A program made the position numbers and the translations under genes. This document shows positions 1 through 9,314 of a stretch of 64,000 bases of DNA, piece after piece. The notes under the pieces were generated by a model. It saw only the letters and a list, made by a program, of their open reading frames with translations, was not told the DNA's origin and searched no databases. The stretch covers positions 758,521 to 822,520 of the forward strand of contig CAURIH010000001.1 of assembly GCA_963525085.1 (NCBI GenBank), in the 5' to 3' direction. The first letter of the stretch is position 1. Each line of letters starts with the position of its first letter. This DNA comes from an uncultured Candidatus Saccharibacteria bacterium. GTDB taxonomy: Bacteria; Patescibacteriota; Saccharimonadia; Saccharimonadales; Saccharimonadaceae.

Positions 1-20
1 ATACATATTTGCGGAGCTGG

Positions 21-671
21 TTAGGCGACTTTTGTCTTGCCAGCCTCCGGTGCGGTCACGCCGTAGCCTTTGCGCTCAAGGAGTTCTTGAGCGGTTTGGA
101 GCTCGGTGGTGATCTTGGCTTGCTCGTCGGCTTGCTTTTTCTTGGTGTTGTAGTCGGCCGTGGCTTGAGCAGTGGCATCGGCGACGTAGTCGTCGAGTGT
201 AAGCTCTTCTTTGGGTTGAGGACCAACGCGGGTTAGGCCAGCTGGGCCATAGGGGCCAAAACTCGCACGGCTGAGGTCGCGCTCGATCAGCTCGAGGCTG
301 GAGCTGGGCAATACCTGGAAGGGCTGGCCATTGTATGAACCATTGACAGGCATGCGGCGATGCTCTAGCTCAGAAAAAACACGCGATACCTCCAGCGCGT
401 GGCTAATGTAATCGCGTGCACTGGTGCCGAGCTGCGCCTCACCAATCTCGACGGCAGTCACATGCTGCAGCGCCTTTTGCAGGGTAGCAAGCTTGGTCTT
501 GGCAGCATCAAGCTCGCTCTGCGCGGTCGCCGACGTAGTGCGCTCAGTGTCGTCGGTAGGCTTTTGCCGGTAGGCGCTGCTATCGCGGATGGCAGGGTCA
601 GACTGGCGTGTGGCTTGTCTGCGGGCTGCTTGGGCTGGCCATGGCAGGCCAGCTGCTTCTTGTTTTGGCAT
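21..671 (-). CDS. hypothetical protein (charged, coiled-coil-like; family not recognised)
   Basis: 216-aa ORF with protein-like composition. AGGAGG (rc of 679-684) lies 7 nt upstream of the ATG. Confidence 0.55.
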   Translation of the reverse strand: MPKQEAAGLPWPAQAARRQATRQSDPAIRDSSAYRQKPTDDTERTTSATAQSELDAAKTKLATLQKALQHVTAVEIGEAQLGTSARDYISHALEVSRVFSELEHRRMPVNGSYNGQPFQVLPSSSLELIERDLSRASFGPYGPAGLTRVGPQPKEELTLDDYVADATAQATADYNTKKKQADEQAKITTELQTAQELLERKGYGVTAPEAGKTKVA

Positions 672-934
672 TGTGTTTCCTCCTCACCTCATTGGTATAA
701 CACTTATACTTATACATGATACTACAAATCGCCCCATTGTCATAATTATGATATCACTCATGCTTTAATAAAATAGGCCTAACTGAGGTAGAAAAAATGA
801 CATACGGAGAGAATTTTGGCAGCAGCAAAGAGGAATAGAGGCTGAGAGAGGAGGGTGGAGAAAGGCTCTCGCAAACCCACTCCATTGAGCAGTTCTACGC
901 TATACTATAGAATAAGTACAGTAACAAGGAGAAT

Positions 935-1790
935 ATGATGGACAAAACAACAAACGGTGTGGCAGCATACTATTCGCGGTTTGGCTCGTGGGCTGGCTAC
1001 AACATGGTGCTGGGCCGCTCGCAGCACGCTGGCTATTGGACGAGCGAGACGAAGAATGAGCGGCAAGCTCAGGCGAACTTCTTGCGGATGTTTGCCAAGG
1101 AGCTGCAGCTTAAGCCGACCGACCGTGTGCTCGATGCCGGCTCGGGCCAGGGCGTGATGGCGCGATACCTCGTCCAGGCCAATGGGGGGGGGTGAGGTAA
1201 TAGGTATTACCATCACTCCACGAGAGGTTAGGATATCTGAGAAGTTGTCGCGGCATATGACTCCTGCGCCGCGCTTTGTGCTCGGCGATTATTCGCACAC
1301 CGACTTCCCAGACGAGTATTTTGATGTGGTGTATGTGAATGAGACGCTGTCGCATGCCAAGGATATGCGGGCCACGATGCAGGAGTTTTATCGCATCCTT
1401 AAGCCTGGTGGGCGTGTAGTGTTTGCCGATTATGAGGTCGATGCTCGCCATATGTCGGTTCGTCAGCAGCGCATGATGGACTTTTTGGAGCAGCATGCTG
1501 GTGGCTTTGGTGTGCGGCAGCAAAACCCCGGTGAGATATCACAGGCCCTGCAGCAGGCTGGCTTTGCGGATATAAGCGAGACGGACTGGACAGCGGCCGT
1601 TATGCCAACATACCACCGCTTGCGCTCGCTCGCTCGGCCATTTGCCTGGATCCAGCCAGATGCGAAGCTTGCGCCATTCTTCGTTAATGCCGTGATGGCA
1701 TCACATGGCTATAGCACGCTGTATGAAGCGGGGCTATTCCGCTACTTGCTCTACAAAGGCACAAAGCCGCTCGCTCACCGCGCAAAGTAG
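935..1790 (+). pseudogene. class I SAM-dependent methyltransferase, split by a frameshift in a G9 tract (pseudogene, phase-variable, or assembly error)
   Basis: ORF 935-1195 carries SAM motif I (VLDAGSGQGVMARYL). ORF 1182-1790 continues the fold (VIGITITPREV...LKPGGRVVFADYE). The frames are offset by +1 at G9 (1184-1192). Removing one G gives ...VQANGGGEVIGITI... in one frame. AAGGAG lies before the ATG at 935. Confidence 0.75.
1184..1192. repeat. G9 homopolymer inside the methyltransferase gene
   Basis: Counted directly: aat ggggggggg tgagg. Confidence 0.95.
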
Positions 1791-1922
1791 CACAAAAGCA
1801 AAGAAGACAATGCTGGGCTGCGATCTATCAGCCCAGCAAAATATATGCTCAAGACTACAGATGTAGCTTGATTTTTAGATGGGTATATTCTGACGATAGG
1901 CTTGCAATAGGGAGTAGCCTAT

Positions 1923-1951
1923 GATAATCTAGATATTAGATATCCATTATC
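1923..1951 (+). promoter_or_regulatory. candidate operator upstream of the Rrf2-YhgE operon
   Basis: GATAAT c TAGATAT TAGATAT cc ATTATC: an inverted GATAAT/ATTATC pair flanking a tandem 7-mer, about 70 nt upstream of the Rrf2 start. Confidence 0.25.
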
Positions 1952-2019
1952 AACAATCAAAGAAAGGAGGAGTGAGGTGCTGCGCAGGGTGGGCTGCATA
2001 GCACCTCGCATAGAAAACT

Positions 2020-2463
2020 ATGAGATTATCAGGAGCAGTCGAGCAGGCCTGTTGCATTGTGATTTTGCTGGCGCATCCAGACCTGCGATCACCAGTGACG
2101 AACCAGAGCTTGGCGAAGCAGATGGGGGTGTCGCCAACGTATATTACCAAAGTAACGCGTAAGCTCGTAACGGCCCAGCTGATTACCTCGGCGAGGGGTG
2201 CGGGTGGTGGCTTTCGCTTGGCGCGGGCTAGCACAGAGCTAACGCTGTGGGATATCGTGGCGGCAGTCGAGGGGACGGAGAGCTTCGTCCAGTACCAAGG
2301 AGTAGCCGAGCGGATGTTTGCCTGCCAGGCAGATGATAGCAAGATCAAACGCGGTGAGGTGAGCATCCTTGGTGCCTTCGATCGGGCTCAGGCACGCTGG
2401 GCTGAGACACTGCAGAGCGTGACATTGCAAGATATTATTCGGGAGTTAATGAACAATGGGTGA
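2020..2463 (+). CDS. Rrf2 family transcriptional regulator
   Basis: The N-terminus (MRLSGAVEQA...LAKQMGVSPTYITKVTRKL...SARGAGGGFRLAR) is the typical Rrf2 wHTH signature. Overlaps the next gene by 8 nt. Confidence 0.85.
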   Translation: MRLSGAVEQACCIVILLAHPDLRSPVTNQSLAKQMGVSPTYITKVTRKLVTAQLITSARGAGGGFRLARASTELTLWDIVAAVEGTESFVQYQGVAERMFACQADDSKIKRGEVSILGAFDRAQARWAETLQSVTLQDIIRELMNNG

Positions 2464-4564
2464 GAAAATAAAACAAGCTATCCAGCGTCGTCGCAGCGTG
2501 ATGGTCCAGGCCGAATGGCGGCACTTGCTGCAGAGCAAAACACTATTGGTGGCAGTGATAGCAATAGCCTTTGTGCCAGTGATATATGCGGCGTTTTTTC
2601 TGAGCTCGGTGTGGGATCCGTATGGGCATACCGACCGACTGCCAATTGCCTTTGTGAATGAGGACAAAGGAGCGCAGATCAATGGTAAGGAGTTGCAGAT
2701 CGGCCGGACAATGACCGAGTCTCTGCATAAGAGCAAGGCGCTTAAGTGGGAATTCGTCTCCAAGCAGCAAGCCGATGATGGCGTACGCCGTGGCTACTAC
2801 TATGCAGTAGTGACGGTACCAGAGGATTTCTCACAGCGTGCGGCGTCACTTCGGCAGGACAAGCCGCAGCAAGCAGTGGTGTCGTATCAGCTGACGCCAG
2901 CCAAAAACTACATTGGTGCAGTCATTAGCCGCCAAGCCGCGCAAAAAGTGAAGGAAACAGTGGCCGAGCAAGTGACCCAAACCTACCTCAAAGAGGTTGC
3001 AGCGGGTATTGGCGCAGTAGGTAATGGTATGGCGCAGGCTGGTGATGGCGCTGGGCGCTTACACCAGGGGTCAGCACGGCTCCAAGCGGGTCTTACTCAC
3101 TATACCAATGGCGTTAGCCAACTGGCGAGTAAGCAGCAGATGCTGACAGCGGGCTTAGGGCGGCTGCAGGCTGGCGCAGCGCAGGTCCAGCAGGGCACAG
3201 CGCAGCTGACTGGCCAACTACCAACGGCGGCCCAAGTGGCCCAGCTAACGGCTGGTATGCAGCAGATCAAACAAGGGATGAATACACTCAACGCCCAAGT
3301 GGCTCAGCCATCACCAGCGGTGGCGGCTCAACAGGCGGCCGTCGCCCAAGATGCGCAGCGAGTCGTGGGTGCGCTCCAGGCAATGCAAGCACCAGCCGTG
3401 TCGGCTGGGGCGATCATCCAAAAGACTAGTGCGCAGGCGGCTGCATCTGGCGGTAGCACGACCATCACACTACCCGAGCTGCAGACCTTAGCGAGCGCTC
3501 TACAGCAGACTAAAGCCATTGCTGAGCAAACGCAGAGCTTGCTAGCCAACCTCGATACTCTTACCAAAACACTTGCCGCTCAGCAGCAAACACTCAAGAA
3601 TGGTGTGGCGGCACTCAATACTGGCGTGGAGCAATTTGCCCCACAAGCCACCACTGCCTTTGCGGGTTACAACACGGTGCGGGCTGGTGGCGAGCGACTC
3701 CAAGCTGGTGCAGCACTGGTGGCGGGTAATCTCGCAACAGCTCAGCAGGGTAGTGGGCAACTGGCCCAGGGTGCAGCCACCTTGCAGCAGCACTCTAGCA
3801 CGCTGGTGCAGGCAAGCAACCAGCTGGTGGATGGCTCGAGCACACTGGCGCACAAACTGCAGACTGGTGCTGCTCAGGTAAAGCTCCTGCCAACCAGCCC
3901 AGCGGCTCAGCAGCAGATGGCCGCACCTGTGGCGAGTAGCGAGCACAGCACTGGCAGTGTGCCAAACTACGGCTATGCCATGGCACCATATATGCTCTCG
4001 CTAGCGCTCTTTGTTGGTGGGTTGGCTCTGACGACGATGTACCCAGTGCGCAAGACCTTCTCGCGCCAAGAAAATGCCTGGCGCTGGTGGCTGGCTAAGA
4101 TGTCGGTCTTGGGGCTGGCTGCACTGGTACAAGCAACGATTATGATGCTGGTGCTGGTCTATGTGGTGGGCTTGCAACCCGACCACCCATGGCTATTTGC
4201 TGCCACAAGCTACCTTGCCTCGCTTGCCTTTATGTCGCTCATTACGCTGCTGGTGATGGTGCTGGATAACCCTGGCCGGCTGGTGGTAATGATCATCATG
4301 GTGCTCCAGCTGGCAGCGAGCGAAGGAATATTCCCCATCCAAACAGCCTCTGGTTTCTTCCAAGCCATCAACCCCTGGCTACCCATGACGCACTCCATCA
4401 TTGCCTATCGTCATGCGATCTCGGGTGGGGTAGGTAGTGCGCTCTATATGCAGCACATGCTCATCTTGGCTAGCTTTGCACTCGTGGCAAACGCGCTCCT
4501 CATCGGCTTCTTGGCCTGGCGTGGCACGCGGCAGTTTGCTCATACGACAGTGGATGGAGATTAA
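2456..4564 (+). CDS. YhgE/Pip domain-containing membrane protein
   Basis: 702 aa. Has the YhgE/Pip N-terminal motif (TLLVAVIAIAFVPVIYAAFFLSSVWDPYG...LPIAFVNEDKGA), a long Q/A-rich coiled-coil centre and a C-terminal multi-TM ABC-2-like domain. Confidence 0.85.
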   Translation: MGEKIKQAIQRRRSVMVQAEWRHLLQSKTLLVAVIAIAFVPVIYAAFFLSSVWDPYGHTDRLPIAFVNEDKGAQINGKELQIGRTMTESLHKSKALKWEFVSKQQADDGVRRGYYYAVVTVPEDFSQRAASLRQDKPQQAVVSYQLTPAKNYIGAVISRQAAQKVKETVAEQVTQTYLKEVAAGIGAVGNGMAQAGDGAGRLHQGSARLQAGLTHYTNGVSQLASKQQMLTAGLGRLQAGAAQVQQGTAQLTGQLPTAAQVAQLTAGMQQIKQGMNTLNAQVAQPSPAVAAQQAAVAQDAQRVVGALQAMQAPAVSAGAIIQKTSAQAAASGGSTTITLPELQTLASALQQTKAIAEQTQSLLANLDTLTKTLAAQQQTLKNGVAALNTGVEQFAPQATTAFAGYNTVRAGGERLQAGAALVAGNLATAQQGSGQLAQGAATLQQHSSTLVQASNQLVDGSSTLAHKLQTGAAQVKLLPTSPAAQQQMAAPVASSEHSTGSVPNYGYAMAPYMLSLALFVGGLALTTMYPVRKTFSRQENAWRWWLAKMSVLGLAALVQATIMMLVLVYVVGLQPDHPWLFAATSYLASLAFMSLITLLVMVLDNPGRLVVMIIMVLQLAASEGIFPIQTASGFFQAINPWLPMTHSIIAYRHAISGGVGSALYMQHMLILASFALVANALLIGFLAWRGTRQFAHTTVDGD

Positions 4565-4592
4565 AATTAATGTGCTGCGAGGCATAGCACAG

Positions 4593-4622
4593 AGCCGGCT
4601 ATTGTGGGGTAGCCGGCTTTTT
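4593..4622 (+). terminator. intrinsic terminator after yhgE-like gene
   Basis: AGCCGGCT-attgtggggt-AGCCGGCT followed by TTTTT. Confidence 0.8.
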
Positions 4623-4767
4623 GGTAGTGCAAGGGTGAGTTATCTGCAAAAGAGCCTGGCTAACCTAGCACAAATTATCCAACAGAGAAACAACACTTGA
4701 CAAATATAGTAAATAAAGCGTATTGTATAAGAACTGTTTGACAAATAGAAAATAGGAGATAGACATT

Positions 4768-5763
4768 ATGGCTGGCGAAAAAACTCAAAAGAGTCCAGAT
4801 AGTACAGGGAGGGAAGTACCATTTCTCAAAGTTACTCTGAATAGGTCTAATGTAAAGACGGGTAAAGTAGAGGGGCTGTTCTCAAAGAAAGATCGGCCAA
4901 TTTTAGATGAGAATAATTCGCGCCGCACTTATAGCAGTGAGAGTCATGCAGATGGCAAAGATTCCCGGATTTCGTGGCCACGAGTGGTTGCAATTGCCAG
5001 TATCGCTATTGCTGCCGCAAGTGGTATAGCGGCCCACAATACAACATCAGCACCTGCATCAAATCACAACAGAACAGTTGCAACAGCTGAACCATTTGAG
5101 ACGCCAGACCAGCCAGCAAAGTTTGCGTTGAAGGGGAGAGAAGTTAATTTTATGGCTGATGACGGCGAGATTGATGTAAAGAAGGTCGACCAACAAGTTA
5201 CGTCTGGTATTGCCGCGCGGTTCAACGAGATGCATGACCCAATAGAGGTTGATCACTATCACTATGCTACCGACAGAAGTTTGATTGTGTCTAAGACCGA
5301 TGAGGAGAACGGAGTCGATGATAGCTTGATCATTACGACCGAGCGAGGAGCCACTCCTGGCCACCCAGGACGAGAGACAGTGACGACAACTATCTATCAT
5401 GAGCAGCAGGACCAAAAGACCAATAAAACAGCGACTCTTGATAGAGTAGTCCTCGTGACGCCAGACATGCCAGAAGGAGCAGGCGAAGAACAGCCATTTG
5501 GTAGGATAACTTCGCAAGGATTTCGTGACCTCTTAAAAAATCCAAAGACAGAGATAGACACGGCAAAGAGTTATGATCCTAATGCTGATGGATTAGACCA
5601 GACGACATATATGGAAATAAAGCGCACTACCAGTGGGCAGGGTGAGCCAACCTTCACAATACATGAAGTATCTCAGAGCTCAAATGGCTCCGATCACAAT
5701 TACACATGGCAGCCAAAAAAACCAGAAGATGCGAGCAGAGTAATCCGGTATTGGTGTTTATAA
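4768..5763 (+). CDS. hypothetical membrane-anchored protein
   Basis: 331-aa ORF with AGGAGA SD. One TM segment (VVAIASIAIAAASGIAA). GC is lower than in neighbouring genes. No family recognised. Confidence 0.6.
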   Translation: MAGEKTQKSPDSTGREVPFLKVTLNRSNVKTGKVEGLFSKKDRPILDENNSRRTYSSESHADGKDSRISWPRVVAIASIAIAAASGIAAHNTTSAPASNHNRTVATAEPFETPDQPAKFALKGREVNFMADDGEIDVKKVDQQVTSGIAARFNEMHDPIEVDHYHYATDRSLIVSKTDEENGVDDSLIITTERGATPGHPGRETVTTTIYHEQQDQKTNKTATLDRVVLVTPDMPEGAGEEQPFGRITSQGFRDLLKNPKTEIDTAKSYDPNADGLDQTTYMEIKRTTSGQGEPTFTIHEVSQSSNGSDHNYTWQPKKPEDASRVIRYWCL

Positions 5764-5798
5764 ATAATTAAGCACGTTTGCATACCTAGACTAGCAGC

Positions 5799-5824
5799 AA
5801 GCCACCTCTCGAGAGGTGGCTTTG
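5799..5824 (+). terminator. intrinsic terminator
   Basis: GCCACCTCTC/GAGAGGTGGC perfect stem followed by TTTG. Confidence 0.75.
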
Positions 5825-5927
5825 ACACACCTCACCATCATTTGCTATAATACAACCACTTATTGAGGCTCTTAGCCTGTCTCTTATTAGTAGAACCAGA
5901 ATAATGTATTAGAAGGAGTGAGATACA

Positions 5928-8273
5928 ATGGGTCAACGACGAGTGGCCACACCCCAGGCAGATGACGCCAAGAAGCGTCCACACGCAAGCAAACAACCAG
6001 CGACAACCAACACGGTGCTCAGCGCCACTACCACGCGCAAAGGCGAGGTCTTTCGGGCGCAGCGCCGCACCAGTGAAGGGGTCAATGCCCAGGCCTCGCA
6101 GCATGTCATTAATGTGCCGGTCAATAAGTCGGTCTACAATGGCTATGGCGGCAAGCAGTTTACTCTCAACATGCAGCCCAAGCGTCCCCGTGCTCCGCGC
6201 CCAACGCTCAAGGTTATCCCGATTGGCGGGGTGGGCGAGATGGGTATTGGCAAGAACATGACGGCCATCGAGTACGACAACGATATTATCATCATCGACA
6301 TGGGCTTCCTCTTCCCAGGCAGCGACTACCCAGGCATCAACTACATCATCCCCGATACGCAGTGGTTGGAGGAGAATAAGCACAAGATTCGGGCGCATAT
6401 CTTTACCCACGGGCACCTCGACCATATCGGTGCCTTTCGGCACATTATCCCCAAGCTGCCTGCACCAGTCTATGGCACAGCCTTTACATTGGGTATGCTG
6501 CAGCGCACCATGGCCGAGACAGATGGTAGTTATGAGCCAGAGTATCACGAGCTAAAGCCTGAGGAGCATGAGATTGTCCAGCTGTGCGACTCCTTTAGTG
6601 TAGAGCTAGTGCGGGTGAACCACTCCATTCCTGATTCGGCTGCAGTAGTGGTGCGTACGCCAGTAGGGAACATTCTCAGTAGTGGTGACTGGCGCATCGA
6701 GGAGAACCCGGTGGATGGCCGCAAGTTCGACTTCGAGCGCTTGCAAGATATTGCGCACACCGAGGGCTTCCTCCTCATGATGAACGAATCGACCAACTGC
6801 GAGAGCGCTGGCACTCACACCCACGGTGAGCACGACATCCAGCACAGCATGGGTGAGGTGATGGATAAGTGGGCCAAGAGCCGCATCATCATCAGTAGTT
6901 TCTCTAGCCAGCTGCACCGGATTCAGCTCATCCTCGAGGAGGCAGAGAAGCATGGGCGCAAGGTGGCCTTTGCTGGCTTTAGTATGATCCAGAACCTGGA
7001 GGTAGCACTGCGCACTGGTGCTATCAAGATTCCCAAAGATACGGTAGTAAAGATGGAAGATCTCGTTAAGCTACCTGACCACAAGATCACCATCGTCTGT
7101 ACGGGTAGCCAGGGAGAATTTAGTGCAGTGCTTAACCGCATGGCGACGGGAGCGCATAAGTTCGTCAAGATCAAGGGGAGCGATGTGGTGGTCTTTAGCT
7201 CCAACCCTATCCCAGGTAACGAGAAGTACGTCGTACGCACCGTCGATGGCTTGATGCGCGAAGGTGGCGACGTAGTGCAAAATGGCAAGACACACCTGAC
7301 TGGGGTGGGGCCACTCCACCTGTCTGGCCATGGTTATTATGATGACCACGTGCGACTCATTAGTGCCGTCAAGCCCACATACTATTTGCCCAACCACGGC
7401 GAATTCCACATGTTAGTGCACAATGCTCGCCTGGCCGAGAAGGAGTGTGGTATCCCACGCAGCCATATCTTTGTCTGCGATCCGGGGGATATTGTGGAGT
7501 TTACTACCGATGGTGCACACAAGATTGGGCGCATTCCGCACTCGGGCGGCACAATGTATGACGACGCTGGTGCAGTTGTGAGTGATGTCGTGCTGAAGGA
7601 TCGCATCCATATGAGCCTGGAGGGGATGTTCGTTGTGGTGCTTACCGTCCAGCGTGGGACAGGTCGCCTTCTCACTAGTCCAGATATCATCAGCCGGGGC
7701 TTCATTTATCTGCGCGATAATGAAGAGCTGATGGGGATGATTCGCGCCTACCTCAAGCAAAAAGCAGCGCGCAGCCTGGTGGGCTCGTACGACCTTGATG
7801 TTGTAAAGAAGGAAATCAAAGACGACATTGCTCGCGTCTTGTACGACCAAACACGCCGCATGCCCATTATTATTCCAGTCATCAACGAGGTGGGTGCACC
7901 ACAAAAGGCGTCGAGTCGCACTGCCCGTGTGGGCCGTGAAGTCCCAGCTGGGCGCTCACGTCAGAGCCTCGCTGCGCCAGCTCAGCCACACACGCCACCG
8001 CGCATTGCTAAGGGTGGTGCCGCTGCCAAAGCAGCCGCCATTGCCGCACGCAAAACTGCTGGTGTATTGCCCGCGACGACAGATGAGAAAGCACCAACTC
8101 GCCCAGCTAGTACGCGCAAGCGCCGCTCGGCCAATAGCCGCACGACCGCACGTAGCAAGCAGCCGAACAATGACGCCTTCGCTGGCCTGCAGCGCAAAAA
8201 GTTCCCACCGCGGCAAGAGCCCGACACTGAGGTAGCTGTACCAAAGGATCGCTCGGAGCGCCGAAGCTACTAG
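5928..8273 (+). CDS. rnj: ribonuclease J with long basic N- and C-terminal extensions
   Basis: Metallo-beta-lactamase/beta-CASP core (IFTHGHLDHIGA, GDWRIEENP, LSGHGYYDD). About 95 aa of basic N-terminus and about 125 aa of A/K/R/P-rich C-terminus. GAAGGAG SD. Confidence 0.9.
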   Translation: MGQRRVATPQADDAKKRPHASKQPATTNTVLSATTTRKGEVFRAQRRTSEGVNAQASQHVINVPVNKSVYNGYGGKQFTLNMQPKRPRAPRPTLKVIPIGGVGEMGIGKNMTAIEYDNDIIIIDMGFLFPGSDYPGINYIIPDTQWLEENKHKIRAHIFTHGHLDHIGAFRHIIPKLPAPVYGTAFTLGMLQRTMAETDGSYEPEYHELKPEEHEIVQLCDSFSVELVRVNHSIPDSAAVVVRTPVGNILSSGDWRIEENPVDGRKFDFERLQDIAHTEGFLLMMNESTNCESAGTHTHGEHDIQHSMGEVMDKWAKSRIIISSFSSQLHRIQLILEEAEKHGRKVAFAGFSMIQNLEVALRTGAIKIPKDTVVKMEDLVKLPDHKITIVCTGSQGEFSAVLNRMATGAHKFVKIKGSDVVVFSSNPIPGNEKYVVRTVDGLMREGGDVVQNGKTHLTGVGPLHLSGHGYYDDHVRLISAVKPTYYLPNHGEFHMLVHNARLAEKECGIPRSHIFVCDPGDIVEFTTDGAHKIGRIPHSGGTMYDDAGAVVSDVVLKDRIHMSLEGMFVVVLTVQRGTGRLLTSPDIISRGFIYLRDNEELMGMIRAYLKQKAARSLVGSYDLDVVKKEIKDDIARVLYDQTRRMPIIIPVINEVGAPQKASSRTARVGREVPAGRSRQSLAAPAQPHTPPRIAKGGAAAKAAAIAARKTAGVLPATTDEKAPTRPASTRKRRSANSRTTARSKQPNNDAFAGLQRKKFPPRQEPDTEVAVPKDRSERRSY

Positions 8274-8297
8274 GCAATGACTTAGCGTCACAAAAAC

Positions 8298-8330
8298 AAA
8301 AAAGCCAGCGCTATACAGCTGGCTTTTTTG
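8298..8330. terminator. bidirectional intrinsic terminator
   Basis: AAAAAAGCCAGC-gctataca-GCTGGCTTTTTT, with an A-run and T-run on either side. Lies between convergent rnj and the small ORF. Confidence 0.85.
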
Positions 8331-8344
8331 CTTGCAACCTGTGG

Positions 8345-8506
8345 TTACGTATCCGACTTAATTCGCTGCTGCAGCTCGTGCACCATCTCCTCCAGACGTT
8401 TGATGCGCTGCTGCGCGCGCAAATATTCGGCGAGCACTACCAGCACAAAGGCAATCACCGCAAAGGGTGCAATCATCGTTACTATATTCCATACCATCTG
8501 CTGCAT
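8345..8506 (-). CDS. small membrane protein (53 aa), below the ORF-track cutoff
   Basis: rc reads AAGGAGGtcgtATG then MQQMVWNIVTMIAPFAVIAFVLVVLAEYLRAQQRIKRLEEMVHELQQRIKSDT*. Has a strong SD, one TM helix plus an amphipathic tail, and ends at the bidirectional terminator. Confidence 0.55.
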   Translation of the reverse strand: MQQMVWNIVTMIAPFAVIAFVLVVLAEYLRAQQRIKRLEEMVHELQQRIKSDT

Positions 8507-8603
8507 ACGACCTCCTTGCTTCTATTGTGACATAGAATGGACAAAATGGCGAGAGGGGTATCATATAGTAATAATCCGCGTGATAGTGAATAGGTCTCGA
8601 ATA

Positions 8604-9212
8604 TTAGTGAGTGCGCTGCGCCATGGCATCATCACCAATAACAGAACGCAAAGTAGGCGCATTGCCGTCTTTTTTAGAGACTTGGTCATAGGTGGATGTG
8701 TCAATCGGGATGGGCCAGTCGATGCCAAGCTCTGGGTCGAGTGGTGTGAGTGATATACCGGGCATACCAGGCTGCCACTCTTCATCGAAGCAGTAGAGGT
8801 ACTGGGAGGGTTGCTCGCTTGTCGATTGAAAACCGTTGCAAACTCCTTGTGGGACAAACACCTGCACGCCTTTTGTCAATGGAACAGTAACAACTGCGCC
8901 AACGGTGGGTGAATCGACCCGTGCGTCCACATAGACGCCAAAGGCTTCGCCCGCCACTACCGCGACAAGTTTGTTCATTGCCTCGGCATGGAGGCCACGG
9001 ATGGAACCACGGTTCGTTTGCGTGGCATTGATCTGTTTCCAGGGACCGAACTGCGGTAGTGGTGTGCTATCCATGGCCGATTGGCGGAACAGTTCGCGCA
9101 CTGTGCCACGCTCGTCGGTTACTTGTTTCATGGTGATAATATAGAGCCCATCAATAGCTGTGGGCACAGCCTCAAATGGAGTAATGATTGGGTAAGATGG
9201 TTGCGTTGTCAT
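8604..9212 (-). CDS. rmlC: dTDP-4-dehydrorhamnose 3,5-epimerase (RmlC-type cupin)
   Basis: 202 aa with GLYIITMKQVTDERGTVRELF...GSIRGLHAE. CATACT lies 7 nt upstream of the ATG. Confidence 0.8.
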   Translation of the reverse strand: MTTQPSYPIITPFEAVPTAIDGLYIITMKQVTDERGTVRELFRQSAMDSTPLPQFGPWKQINATQTNRGSIRGLHAEAMNKLVAVVAGEAFGVYVDARVDSPTVGAVVTVPLTKGVQVFVPQGVCNGFQSTSEQPSQYLYCFDEEWQPGMPGISLTPLDPELGIDWPIPIDTSTYDQVSKKDGNAPTLRSVIGDDAMAQRTH

Positions 9213-9314
9213 ACTACCCAGTATGACATACCCTATACCGATTGCCTAATGTAGTAAATTATGCTACAATATACGCTATCAAACCAAGCATAAACAGAGT
9301 ACAATAAAAAGGAT

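Noticed and set aside
1812-1837. The hairpin GCTGGGC-n12-GCCCAGC after the methyltransferase gene as a terminator.
   Set aside because: It is a good stem, but it is followed by AAAATAT rather than a T-run on the relevant strand. Left uncalled.
1977-2162. A 61-aa ORF starting at the GTG at 1977 with a strong upstream AAAGGAGG, overlapping the Rrf2 start in another frame.
   Set aside because: The Rrf2 N-terminus (MRLS...) at ATG 2020 is the conserved one, and the 61-aa product is not protein-like. The SD may serve a short uORF or be fortuitous. Not annotated.
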